Assembly: GCF_009914755.1 (NCBI RefSeq)
Contig: NC_060931.1
Length of the DNA stretch: 64,000 bases
DNA from: the human T2T-CHM13v2.0 reference genome, Homo sapiens
Strand: one strand, 5' to 3'
A program made the position numbers and the translations under genes. Every line of letters starts with the position of its first letter. The first letter of the stretch is position 1. The notes below the pieces were generated by a model. That model was not told the origin of the DNA. It did not search any database and worked only from the letters and a program-made list of their open reading frames with translations. This document shows positions 29,201 to 41,533 of this stretch, piece by piece.

Positions 29201-29667
29201 AGAAACACACATTCTTTTCAAGTGCACGTGAAACATTCTCCAGGATAGACCATATGTTTGGCCATAAAAGAAGTCTCAATAAATTCAAAATAATGAAAAT
29301 CATACCAAGTATGTTCTCTGACCATAATGAAATAAAATTAGAAATCATTAATAGATGAAAATTTATGAAATTCACAAATATGTGGAAATTAAACAACACA
29401 CTCCTACATAACCAATAAGTCAAAGAAGACATCCCAGCGAAAACCAGAAAATACTTTGAGATGAAAGAAAACTCAACTTACCAAAGCTTATGGGATGCAG
29501 CTTAAAACAGTGCTTAGAGGGACATTTATAGCTAGAAACTCCTAATTTTTTAAAATAAAAAAGAAAAGACGTCAAATCAATAACTTAATCTTCCATCTTT
29601 TAAAAAATGGAAAAAAAAACCAAACCAAACCCAAAACAAGCAGAAAAATGAAATAACAAAGATTAGA

Positions 29668-29762
29668 GAGCTACTTGAAAGGCTGAGGCAGGAGGATCAC
29701 GTGAGCCCAGTTCAAGACCAGCCTGGGCAACATAGCAAGACTCTGTCTCAAAAAAAAAAAAA
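29668..29762 (+). mobile_element. Truncated Alu monomer
   Basis: GGCTGAGGCAGGAGGATCAC..TTCAAGACCAGCCTGGGCAACATAG followed by polyA. Confidence 0.8.
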
Positions 29763-31396
29763 TTACGGGGGAAATAAATTTTAAAAATAAAGAGTAGAAA
29801 AACAATAGAGAATATTAACAAAACCAAAAGTTGGTTCTTGAAAAAAATAAAATAGACAAAACTTTAGCTACACTGACCAAGAAGTAGACAGAATAATCAA
29901 ATTACTAAACTCAGGAATGAAAAGAGGGAACATTAGTATCAGCCTTACAGAAATAAAAATAATAAAGGAATGCTGTGAACATTGTGTGCCAAGAAATTAG
30001 ATAACCTAGATGAAATGAACAAATTCCTAGAATCACAAACTGACTCAAGAAAAAGAGGCCCGAAGAAATATGAAGACTTATAGTAAGCAAAGAGATTGAA
30101 TTAGTAATCAAAAAACTTCCTACAAAGAAAAGCCCAGGACCAGATGGCTTCACTGGTGAATGCTACCAAATATTTAAAAAGGAATTAACACAAATGCTTC
30201 CCAAACTCTTTGAAAAAATAGAAGAGGAAAGAACTCATTCTGTGAAGCCAGTCATAACCTGTCACCAAAACCACACAAAGACATCACAAGAAAACTACAG
30301 ACTACTATCCCTCATGTATGGACACACAAAATTTCAATAAATAAAAATATTAAATAAATAAAATATTAAAAAGCCAAATCCAGCAACATACAAAAATAAT
30401 GACTGTGCTCCATGACCAAGTGGGATTTATTCCAGGAATGCAAAGGTGGTTCAACATACAAAAAAAAAATCAGTGTAATATACCATATTAACAGAATAAA
30501 AATAAAAATCACATGATCATCTCAACTGATGCAAAAAAAGGACAATCTAATATTTTTTCATAATAAAAATAAATAAACACTCAACAACTAGGAATAGAAG
30601 GGAACTTTCTCACCCTAATAAAGGACATCTACATAAAACCCACAGCTAGCTAAGGCAAAAGACTTAGAACTCTTCCCCTAAGATCAGGAGCAAGACAAAG
30701 ATGTCGGCTTCAGCCACTTCTAGTCAACATTCTACTGGAGGTACTTTCTAGCCAGGGCAATTATAAATGAAAAGAAAACAGTTTTTACAAAGAACAAAGC
30801 TGGAGGACTCACAATTTTGGATTTCAAACTTACCACAATGTCAGTAATGAAGACCCAAGGCATAGGGAGAGACATATAGATCAATGAAATAGAACTGAGA
30901 GTTCATTTAAAAAGCTATACATTCATGGTTGATTGACTTGTCAAGGGTGTCAAGACTATTCAGTGGGGAAGAAGAGTCTCTTCCACAAATCGTGCTGAGA
31001 CAATTGGATTTCCACCATACAAAAGAATGCAGGTGGACCCCTGCCTCACACCACATACAAAAATTAACTGAAAGCAGATCAAACACCTAAATATGAGAAC
31101 TAAACTATAAAACTCTTAGAAAAATATCATAGTCACAAACCTTCATGAATGCATCTTGTGTACAAAATTCTGAGCAACTCTGGTCTAATCTGGTTTAATC
31201 CAACAGTTCAACCACCTTACAGATGAGGAAACTGTGGCTCAGAGAGGGGTGAGGCTCTGCTGAAGGTCACTGACCCCCCATGAGCAGAAATGACCTTCAG
31301 AACACCCCTCCCTTTCCTGCACCAGGCCAATTCACTGAGCCATTTTGGTATGCAACTCTCTGCTGAGCCAAGAATGAACAAACAAATTAACTTCTC

Positions 31397-31668
31397 GGCA
31401 GGGTGCAGTGGCACTTGCCTATAATCCCAGCACTTTAGGAGGCTGAGGTGGGAGGATCCTTTGAGCCCAGGAATTTGAGACCAACCCGGGCAACAAAGAG
31501 AAGCCCCGAGGCCACACCAGTCCCACCTACTCAGAAGGCTGAGGCTGGAAGGATCAGTTGAGCCCAGGAGGTCGAGGCTACAGTGAGCCATGATCGCGCC
31601 ACTGCACTCCAGCCTGGGCGACAGAGAGAGATACTGTCTCAAATGAATAAATACGTATAAAAATAAAC
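31397..31668 (+). mobile_element. Alu (AluJ-like, internally deleted)
   Basis: Alu consensus lacking the middle A-rich linker. Confidence 0.88.
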
Positions 31669-34616
31669 AAGTGACTTTCTTGAGACCCAGTAGCCATAAG
31701 TCCTCCCTGACATCCACAGTGCAGGGTCTAGGCTTTTCCATCCATCAGGGCTGGAGGTCTGGCTGTGTAGACAAGTCCTAGCTCTTGGTTCCTGGGGGAG
31801 GGGATTTGGGAGTCGACCGTGCCAGTGGACGCTGAGTAGCACAAGGCTGTGCCAGGAGGTCCAGAGGAGCCCAGGACAGGGCAGAGCCTGGACTAGAGAC
31901 AGGCAGGTGGTCCTGAGGTCAGGTGGGGTTCACCACTGAGTTATGAGTCTCTGCCTGACAAGCTTGAGAAGCCTCCCGCGCCAGGTGGCAGCTGCCTCTC
32001 TGGACCACAAGCCCCGGCACGCCAGAGCGGCTGCATTCCCTTCTGAAATGCAGCTGTAGGGAAAGACCCAAAGCTCCGACCGCTGACCCCTCCCTGGGGA
32101 TTCAGTGAGACCTCGGAACCCCTGGGGCAGGCGTGCTGGGGACTACGTGGGGGGATACCTGCGCCATTCCCCAGACGCCTCTGGGGAACTGCTGGGGCTG
32201 AGCAGGGACAAGGAAGCCTCAGTGTTGGGAGCACCTAGATGGAAAGGTTCCCAGCCAGGCCTCCCTGGCAAGGAGGTATGGAAGGGCAGCAGAAAGTGCC
32301 AGAATGGGGCTCCCAACCCAGCCTCTGCCCCACAGCCACATCTCCCAGCCCTCTCCGGAAGGGGTGTCACAGTACTGGCACCAATGGCCCTAGTGGGGGA
32401 CAGGGGCTGTGAGGCTGGTCCTGCCTCGTGTGTGCTCTGGGCTTTTTCCTCCCAGAGTCCCCTGAGGGAGACAGATGGGGGTTGCAGCTGGTGCTCTGTG
32501 GCCCGCAGGGGATGGGGGGGTCTGTCGGCAGTGGCTCCTGCAGCCTGGGTCTAGGGCCTGCAATGGGCTTCCCTGCCTGACTGGGGTTGCCTAGAAGTCA
32601 GAGTCAAGGAGGGGTGTTTCTGTCTGTCTATATGTCCTGCACACCAGACGACTAAGGGCCTTGGTGGAGCCCCATGTCCAGGGCCTTGGGGCCACCAGGC
32701 TCCAGCTCAGAAACCAGAAGGGCCCGGGATGGCTTCCACCACCCAGGGAGGGGCGAGCAGGGGCCTCAGCCGCCGGATGCTGGTGCGTGGCTGGGTGACC
32801 GGGGGCCGGATCATAAATACTGCACATTTTTTGGTGGCTCAAAGGCCAGGATAGAAACAGTGGCTGTTTTATTCTGTAGAAACCACACGCTTTTCATCTG
32901 AGTACCCTCAGGGAGTGGGGTTGGACTCCAGCTGTGCCAGGCCAGGGTGGGAGTCCAGGGGGCAGGCCAACTCCCGCTTGCTGCAGTCACCTTTGAGGCC
33001 CCGCTGGGTCCCGGCTCCCACCCCAGGGAGAACGGGAGCAGCCTCAAATGCTGACGGCGAAGACCCAGGGCCCCCAGAAGTGCGAGGGCCTCCTTCAGTG
33101 CCCGCTCGGGGCCAGGGACTCTGCCAAGTGACCTGGTGTGCCCAGAAAGGACTCAGCCCCCAGCGCTGGGCAGGGCAAGGTGGCCTGGGAAGTCCTTCAG
33201 GGAGGGCAGGCAGGGACGCTTCAAGAGCCTGGGGTCTAGAGGTCTCATGGTGCCGGCCCTCACCACAGCTCCTGCAGCTCTGTGCCTCTACAAGGGCCGG
33301 CCACTAAGGAGTCCTCTCACTCAGTCTTTCCATCAGGGAAGCCACTCACAGGTGGGCAAAGGGGGGTAAGGGTTGGCGGTCCTGGAGCTCAGCCCATCCC
33401 ACCGAGCCTCCCTCTCTTCCAACCAGGGCAGTGGTGCAGCCCAAGGTCACAGTGAGGTCATCCAACATCAAACAGCTGGGCAGAGCCCAGCAGAGCCCAG
33501 TACTCTCACCCCATGCTTGGCCGAACCTGGGAGGGGGCACCTGTCTCCCAAGCACTCTGACTCCCTGACCCCAACCCAGACCAGGCCTACCAAGTACCTG
33601 TGGTCCAGCTCACACCGGGCCCTGTCACCAGGCAAGCTTGGAGGCCTGGACGGGGGGCTCTGGTTGCCAAGGCCCTGCAGACGGCCATCCCATAAACAGC
33701 CCTCCCCGGCCACTCACTCCGTTTTCCCAGCTGCCGCCCCATCAGAAAAGTCCTGCGCTTCAACCCCGTTCCTTCAGCCTGGGCAGCCCCCCTGCTCCGG
33801 TTCCCCTGTGCCACGACAAAGCCAGCTCAGCTGAGGTCATGAGGTGGCAGACAGGGGCCAGGGTGTGACTGGGACAGTCAGGGTCAGACAGGGCCCGGAG
33901 CCCTGGAAGCTTCTCAACTTTGTTCTAAGCCTACAGAGCAGCAGGGGCTCTAGGAGGGGTGGGGAGAGCAAGGTGGCCTTGGGTTTGGAGAAGATAACCC
34001 TGGCTGCTCTTGGGAGAGCAGGTGGCTGAAGATGGCACGCAGATGGGTGGGCGACAAGGTTGTCCAGGTGAGAAGCAGCCAGCCATGGGGAGGCTGGTGC
34101 AGGACCCGGAGCAGTTGGGGCCATGCATACACGGGATCTGCCCTCGGGCTGCATGTATCCTCCTGCCCACCTCTGCTCAGCTCCTGCTGCTGCCACCTGG
34201 CTTCCTGCCCAGGCCTTCTCCAAGCCTCTGGGGGGATCCTGGAACCTCCCGGCATTCATGTGTGCAGGCTCCAGGTCTCAGGATTTGGAGCCCGGAGCTG
34301 ATTCAGTGAGGTCTCCCACTTGAACATTTCACACCCCAGCCCCTCCCTGTATTGCTGGTATCTGCCCTCCCGTAAACCATATGCCCACAACTCTGTCCTT
34401 CAGGTTCTGCCTCTGGGGCACCCAGGCCAAGGCACCCCCCAACATCCCACTTAGTAGCCTCATCTATGAACGGCACCCCGATTTCCTCGGGAAACCCCGT
34501 CCTCCCCCATTTTCTGTCTTGTGCTTCTGATGGAAATCTATCCCACAACAGAAACGGTACATGGGACTCAGACCCAGCGGATCCCAGGACTCCGGATGGA
34601 GCCAAAGTGAAAGGTG

Positions 34617-35005
<389 letters not shown>

Positions 35006-35049
35006 CTAAGAGTAGGAGGCACGAGGCCATGCCAGGCCCCACCCCAGGC

Positions 35050-35880
35050 CCCACACCTGGGGCTGTCAGCTTGGAGAAGCGCAGGGTAAGGGGGCACCGG
35101 GAAGCCGGACCCCGCGGAGACCAGGCACCGCGCCGAGGTCGTGGGAGACGCTTCGGCCCCCTCCCGGCTCAGAGGCCCCACCACTCTCCCCGGCTGGCGA
35201 CCCCTCGCGGATGCTCTTCGGGACTCTCCTCCCGCCTCGGCGCTCTGGGGACCCACGTCCTCCCGGGCTGCCACAGCCGCCGCCCACCCTGCTCAGCGCC
35301 ACTCACGGGTTCATCCTGCGGCGCACCCGCCTCCCGACGGCTAGGGGGGAAACTGAGGCTCTGAGGCGTCAGGAGCCGGCCAGCGTGGCCGCAGGGGCAG
35401 GGCCACCGGACTGTGAGGCGCTGGCTGGGCCGTGGGAGGAGCCCGGCGTCGGCCGCTGGGGCTGGGGGCCGAGGCGCGCCCACCTCCAGGGTCCCCGGCA
35501 CGGGAGCCGCAAGGGCCAGGCCTCCTTCGCCCGCACCGACCCTCCTAGCCCGCCCGCCCCCGGGGCGCCGGAGCCTGGAACCAAAATTCTCCCTGCAAAC
35601 GGAGGAGGCCACCTTCAGCTTCATCGCTGGGCATGGGTGGCGGTCACAGCGCTCCCGGGGTCTGTCACCCTCGCCGGGCGCCCCGGGAAGCGGCGGAACC
35701 CACAGGCGGCGGGAACCTGCCACTTCCGGTCCAGCCTTGGCCCCGGGCCGCGTCCACGTATCGGGAGCCTGGGGTCCCCGTTCTCAGGACTGGGCCTGTG
35801 TCCCCTCCTCCTGCCCATCCCGGAAACCCGGGGACCTCAGGACCAGGACTTCCTGGAAACGGCTGTACAGAGGGGACGGG
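35050..35880. promoter_or_regulatory. Orphan CpG-rich island 3' of PDGFA
   Basis: High CpG density; ETS motif ACTTCCGG at 35722-35729. Confidence 0.65.
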
Positions 35881-37750
35881 GGAATCCGTGAGGGGGATGG
35901 AGGGGATCCGTGAGGGGACGGGGGATCTGTGAGGGGACGGGGGATCCGTGAGGGGGATGGGGGATCTGTGAGGGGACGGGGGATCTGTGAGGGGGATGGG
36001 GGATCTGTGAGGGGGACGGGGGATCTGTGAGGGGACGGGGGATCTGTGAGGGGGATGGAGGGGATCTGTGAGGGGGACGGGGGATCTGTGAGGGGGATGG
36101 AGGGGATCTGTGAGGGGGATGGAGGGGATCTGTGAGGGGGATGGAGGGGATCTGTGAGGGGGATGGGGGATCTGTGAGGGGGATGGAGGGGATCTGTGAG
36201 GGGGATGGAGGGGATCCGTGAGGGGACGGGGGATCTGTGAGGGGGACGGGGGATCCGTGAGGGGGATGGGGGATCTGTGAGGGGGACGGGGGATCCGTGA
36301 GGGGACGGGGGATCTGTGAGGGGGACGGGGGATCTGTGAGGGGGATGGAGGGGATCTGTGAGGGGGACGGGGGATCTGTGAGGGGGATGGAGGGGATCTG
36401 TGAGGGGGATGGAGGGGATCTGTGAGGGGGATGGGGGATCTGTGAGGGGGATGGAGGGGATCTGTGAGGGGGATGGAGGGGATCTGTGAGGGGGATGGGG
36501 GATCCGTGAGGGGGATGGGGGATCTGTGAGGGGGATGGAGGGGATCTGTGAGGGGGACGGGGGATCTGTGAGGGGGATGGAGGGGATCTGTGAGGGGGAT
36601 GGGGGATCTGTGAGGGGGACAGGGGATCTGTGAGGGGACGGGGGATCTGTGAGGGGGATGGGGGATCCGTGAGGGGACGGGGGATCTGTGAGGGGGATGG
36701 AGGGGATCTGTGAGGGGGACGGGGGATCTGTGAGGGGGATGGAGGGGATCTGTGAGGGGGATGGGGGATCTGTGAGGGGGATGGAGGGGATCTGTGAGGG
36801 GGATGGAGGGGATCTGTGAGGGGGATGGAGGGGATCCGTGAGGGGATGGGGGATCTGTGAGGGGGACGGGGGATCTGTGAGGGGGACGGGGGATCTGTGA
36901 GGGGGACGGGGGATCTGTGAGGGGGATGGAGGGGATCTGTGAGGGGGACGGGGGAATCCGTGAGGGGACGGGGGATCTGTGAGGGGGATGGGGGATCTGT
37001 GAGGGGGACAGGGGATCTGTGAGGGGACGGGGGATCCGTGAGGGGACGGGGGATCTGTGAGGGGGATGGGGGATCTGTGAGGGGGACAGGGGATCTGTGA
37101 GGGGACGGGGGATCTGTGAGGGGGATGGGGGATCCGTGAGGGGGATGGAGGGGATCTGTGAGATGGAGGGGATCTGTGAGGGGGACGGGGGATCCGTGAG
37201 GGGGACGGGGGATCTGTGAGGGGGATGGGGGATCTGTGAGGGGGACAGGGGATCTGTGAGGGGACGGGGGATCTGTGAGGGGGATGGGGGATCCGTGAGG
37301 GGGATGGGGGATCCGTGAGGGGGATGGGGGATCCGTGAGGGGACGGGGGATCTGTGAGGGGGATGGGGGATCTGTGAGGGGGACAGGGGATCTGTGAGGG
37401 GACGGGGGATCTGTGAGGGGGATGGGGGATCCGTGAGGGGGACGGGGGATCTGTGAGGGGGATGGGGGATCCGTGAGGGGACGGGGGATCTGTGAGGGGG
37501 ACGGGGGATCTGTGAGGGGGACAGGGGATCTGTGAGGGGGACGGGGGATCCGTGAGGGGGATGGGGGATCTGTGAGGGGGACGGGGGATCTGTGAGGGGG
37601 ACGGGGGGATCTGTGAGGAGGACAGGGGATCTGTGAGGGGACGGGGGAATCTGTGAGAGGACAGGGGATCTGTCAGGGGACAGGGGATCTACGAGGGGAC
37701 CAGGGTTCTGTGAGAGGATGGGGGGCTTCTGTGAGGGAACGGGGGTCTGT
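35872..37750. repeat. G-rich 19-23-bp VNTR (~85-90 copies), GGGGGATCTGTGAGGGGGA(C/T)[GGA]
   Basis: Continuous GATC(T/C)GTGA cores separated by G-runs. Confidence 0.97.
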
Positions 37751-40231
37751 GGGGTGCAGGAAATTCTGTGATTTTTGCTACTTGAGTTCAAATACCTGCT
37801 CTTCCTTTTGGACCTGGAGGTCGCCATCTTCCCTGGGGTCTGTATCTTGGTCCTTGCTGACCCCATTTCCAGGGAGCATGCAGAGGCAAATCTCTGTGAA
37901 TCTTGGCCCTTTGGTGATAGGTGCAGGGCAAGGAGCTTCAGTCCCAGGCTGGGCACCTGCCCAGGACACAACCCCAGAAGAGCCTGGCTGGCCCTGCTGT
38001 TTGCAGGCACTTGGGGAGCTCCCACCCCAATGCTGCTCCGGAGTCTGGGGCCCAGCCCACCCCTGGGGTGGGGCAGAGTCAAGGCCCAGGAGATGGAAGG
38101 GCCCCTGGATGCCCGGCCACAGCACAAGTCCTGCCTCTCTGTGTCCTGCGACCCTTCTACTTGGGGCCCCCTAGGCGTTCCGGGCCTGCCAGGGGCACAG
38201 CTCACTCATCTTTAAAATGGGAGCCAAGCCCTCAAGTTCCCACCCCTAGAATTCTTGGAGGAACCCATGGCTAAGTATGAAAAGCCCAAAAAAACCAAGG
38301 AGGTCCCAGGAGGGCCGTGGCTTCTTGTGCTTGACAAGAGGGCACAAACCAGAAGGGCTTCTCTGCAGAACGGGATCCCCGAGCCTGGCCCAGCCCAGCA
38401 ACTGCTCTGCGCACTGGACCCAGGCAAAGACCCAGGCCTCGGCTTCACCTACCGCTGGGAATCCCAAGACAGCTGTAGGGACCCACGGCTGGAGACCACC
38501 TGCCGTCACTGACTCTCCCAGCCAGTTCCAACCCCCTCCACAGCCAGGACACAGAGGCCTGGGTGAAGAAAAGGAAACACCCCCAAGCTAAAGGAGAAGC
38601 CCAGCAAAGGCTGGGCCCCAGCTCTCATGACCCCTGGCAAGGGCACGGTGTGAGCAGGTGCATTCAGGTGTCCAGGCAGGTGCAGGAACCTCGTTTTAAC
38701 AGGCGGCACCATCGCCGCTCAGCAATCCCTGAGCCCAAGGGCTCTGTCCTCTGCCATGCTGGGGCCTAGAAACACTAGAGGCTGGAGTGAAGTCCCAGCA
38801 GGAGGAGGCAGCAGACAAGACCTGCACCAGGTGAGTCAATGGCGAGACGTCCTTACCCTGCCTGAGCTGCAGCTCCGTTTCACAGATGTGCACGCCGACA
38901 TGCAGATGGAGGCCCCTCGGTCAAGGTCACAGGGCTCACAAGACATGAAGAGCTGACCCTGGGCAGAAAGTCACCTTCCTGAGCCCAGATCCAGGTGCAG
39001 CCCAGGGCTAGGGGCCGGGAGGGGGCCCAGGCAGGAGCAGAAATCCCGGGAACGCAGGGCAGAGCCGCGACAAAGGCTGCAGGCCCACGTGGGTGGAGAG
39101 GCTCGGAAAGGATCCAGCCTCAGACCACAGCCCCCGCCACACTGCAGCCCTTCCTGGCTGGAGTGGCCTCCACTCTGCCTGCCCCTCCCCAGGGCTCTCC
39201 CCATGTCGGGACAGGAGGGGCTGGCACTAGGGCCCTCGCCTGCATGGATGAACCAATGAGGGAGAAAAGGAGGGAGTGAGGGAGGGAAGGAGTAAGTAGG
39301 GAGAGAAAGCAGGCCTGAGTTCCCACCTCTACTGCTACCTCAGCCACCCCTGGGCTCCAGACCTATGGAATTCTTATGGAATTCTCTCTTCCCCACCTGG
39401 CTTTTCTGCCCCATCACTTTAATGGACACGGTATTACACCAGACGACTTTATACAAAAAAGAAAAATGGAGCATTGTCGCCAGCATCTCATGGAAACAAA
39501 TACATGTTACATTGCCACACGTCACATCCAATGCACATTCCTGGGCAAGGCGCTGTAACCGGTGCAGATCTGGACAGCAGCCCACAGGCCCAGGCAGGGC
39601 CCCAGCAGGTGTCCAAGGAACAGGAACCAGCTTGCAACCACCTGGCCCTGCACTTCCCCTCCAGCCTCCAGGCTGCCCTGACGAGGCTGAAAACAGCACC
39701 ATGAAGATGAGCTGTTGAAGATAATCCTTCGTAAGAACCTTCCAGCAGCACATGGACAACAGACGCCAGCCGGCCGCCAGTCCACAGATGGTCCTCGAAG
39801 AACGCGGGGTCAAGATTGAAAGCAACCTCGATGGTTTGTCTCGTGGGCCTGGAGGTGGTGGAGGGGCCAGCCCGGGCAGGGTATGGTGAGTGCTGCACAT
39901 GGACACACCAAGTCAGGTGGGCTCCCTTCTTGGATGAAACTCTTCATGGTCTTCTGGCTACTCTGACACTCCTCATCCGCTCCAGGGAGTGGAGCCTGCA
40001 GGAGGATGTCCTCGGCCTAACCCCCATAGGTGCTGAAGTCCGAGGTAGGCAGGCATCCCACGGGTGCCACCATGGAGGCAGGTCCAGGGACCCCACCCAG
40101 AAAGCTCTGACCTCCGTTTCCACCCAACACAGCACCGCATGACCTGGCAACCAGGGTCTAGACTCAGTGCTAGAAAAACGTACCACAAAACGCTTCTCAC
40201 GTCCACGGGTTTTGTTGGTGGTATTTTTTTT

Positions 40232-40237
40232 TTTAAT
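40232..40237 (-). terminator. Candidate distal polyadenylation signal ATTAAA
   Basis: Plus-strand TTTAAT at the end of the AT-rich UTR-like segment, with GT-rich sequence downstream on the minus strand. Confidence 0.6.
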
Positions 40238-40706
40238 TTTGGATCAACAAAAAAAGAACATAGCAGGCTCTCAGGTATACAAAACAGGTAATATTAGGTA
40301 AACATACAAACTTCACCTTTACAAAAAAACAAACCACACACACACATTTCTGTTAATACAGGTAAAGCACAATATCTTACCAAAAATAAAGAATTTGGGT
40401 TCTGTCCAAACACTGGCAGCAGAGGGAGTGACCGCCACCACGGCACCAGGGCACACCAACAACACAGACAGAAGCGGCAATGCATCTCACGTGCCGCGTG
40501 GGAACACAGCATTCTAGGTGTGCACTGCGGGGAACAAGTTGTCACTCAGCCACAAACGGGCTCTGGGGCAGGTGCCGCAGGGACGGCGTACGATTGGTTG
40601 ACGCATAGTTCTTTCAAAATGGCTTAAATTAACAAATAAAGCAGGGTAAGGGAGAAACACAAAGCCAGAAACATTTAGGAAATGATGCATAGGTAGGTAT
40701 ACCATG

Positions 40707-40712
40707 TTTATT
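40707..40712 (-). terminator. Candidate proximal polyadenylation signal AATAAA
   Basis: Plus-strand TTTATT within the 3'UTR. Confidence 0.55.
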
Positions 40713-40817
40713 TTAATACATCTCATTAGTTTGCATCTTGCTAGGAAAAATACCGTCGCACTGTCCTGACAGTTACAGCAGCCTGTGTGTTATCGGTGTA
40801 AATGTCATCCAAGAGAT

Positions 40818-40855
<38 letters not shown>

Positions 40856-41522
40856 CCAAAGAGTAAAAAGGAAAGCTTAATAATCACTTTATGGTGTAAA
40901 AAAAAAAAAAAAAAAAACAAAAAAAAAAAAAACAAAACAAAAACAAAAAAAAAAACCACTTAAGGCTCTCAGGAAGGTTTCTGTATGGGCTTAAATACTA
41001 CAGCGAGGAGGTGTGGTTTCTAAAGTTCGCGTGGCGGTTTCCAAGACATTCCTGCTTCCTGCGGGCCCCTGCAGAGCCCACCAGCACCCCTCTGGAGTCG
41101 TTCCCAAAGCAGGCTCTGCATCCTCGGCAAAAAAGCACCTGTGACCACCCGGACAGAAATCCAGTCTGCTGAGACCTCTGCACTTCCATCCCACGGGGCG
41201 ACCCTCCATCTCATCGAGTTTAGATATTTTTGTGAGTCCGTTTTGTTTTTGTCATTTGTGGTTTTGTTTTCTCTCTCTCTCTCTCTCTCTCTCTTTTTGA
41301 CAAGGAAGCTTCTTACTGCTTCACCGAGTGCTACAATACTTGCTTTGATGTCACATTAAACAAATGTGCACTGTCTCTTTGTTCTCCCGAGTGTTCTCGG
41401 ACACAGTTTTTCACGGAGGAGAACAAAGACCGCACACTGGCAATAAAGCACCGTACATAGTAGGTTCAGGAATGTAACACGCCATGTACATCCATGTCCC
41501 AGGAAAGGGCTGCGGCTCATCC

Positions 41523-41533
41523 TCACCTCACAT
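41523..41533 (-). CDS. PDGFA: PDGFA exon 7 coding part (D)VR* (short 196-aa isoform)
   Basis: Pyrimidine tract plus CTGCAG|AT GTG AGG TGA; total 591 nt when exon 6 is skipped. Confidence 0.96.

Larger units (their letters stand above)
40217..41522 (-). other. PDGFA: PDGFA 3'UTR with long U-tracts and a (GA)n microsatellite
   Basis: Downstream of the exon 7 stop; plus-strand A29 (40822-40850), A20 (40898-40917), (CT)n ~41269-41294. Confidence 0.8.

Noticed and set aside
31976-31992. CTCF-like motif GCGCCAGGTGGCAGC
   Set aside because: A single motif match in GC-rich DNA is not sufficient without ChIP data.
35665-38205. 846-aa minus-strand ORF
   Set aside because: It is a translation of the G-rich VNTR: low-complexity Pro-rich repeats with no domain.
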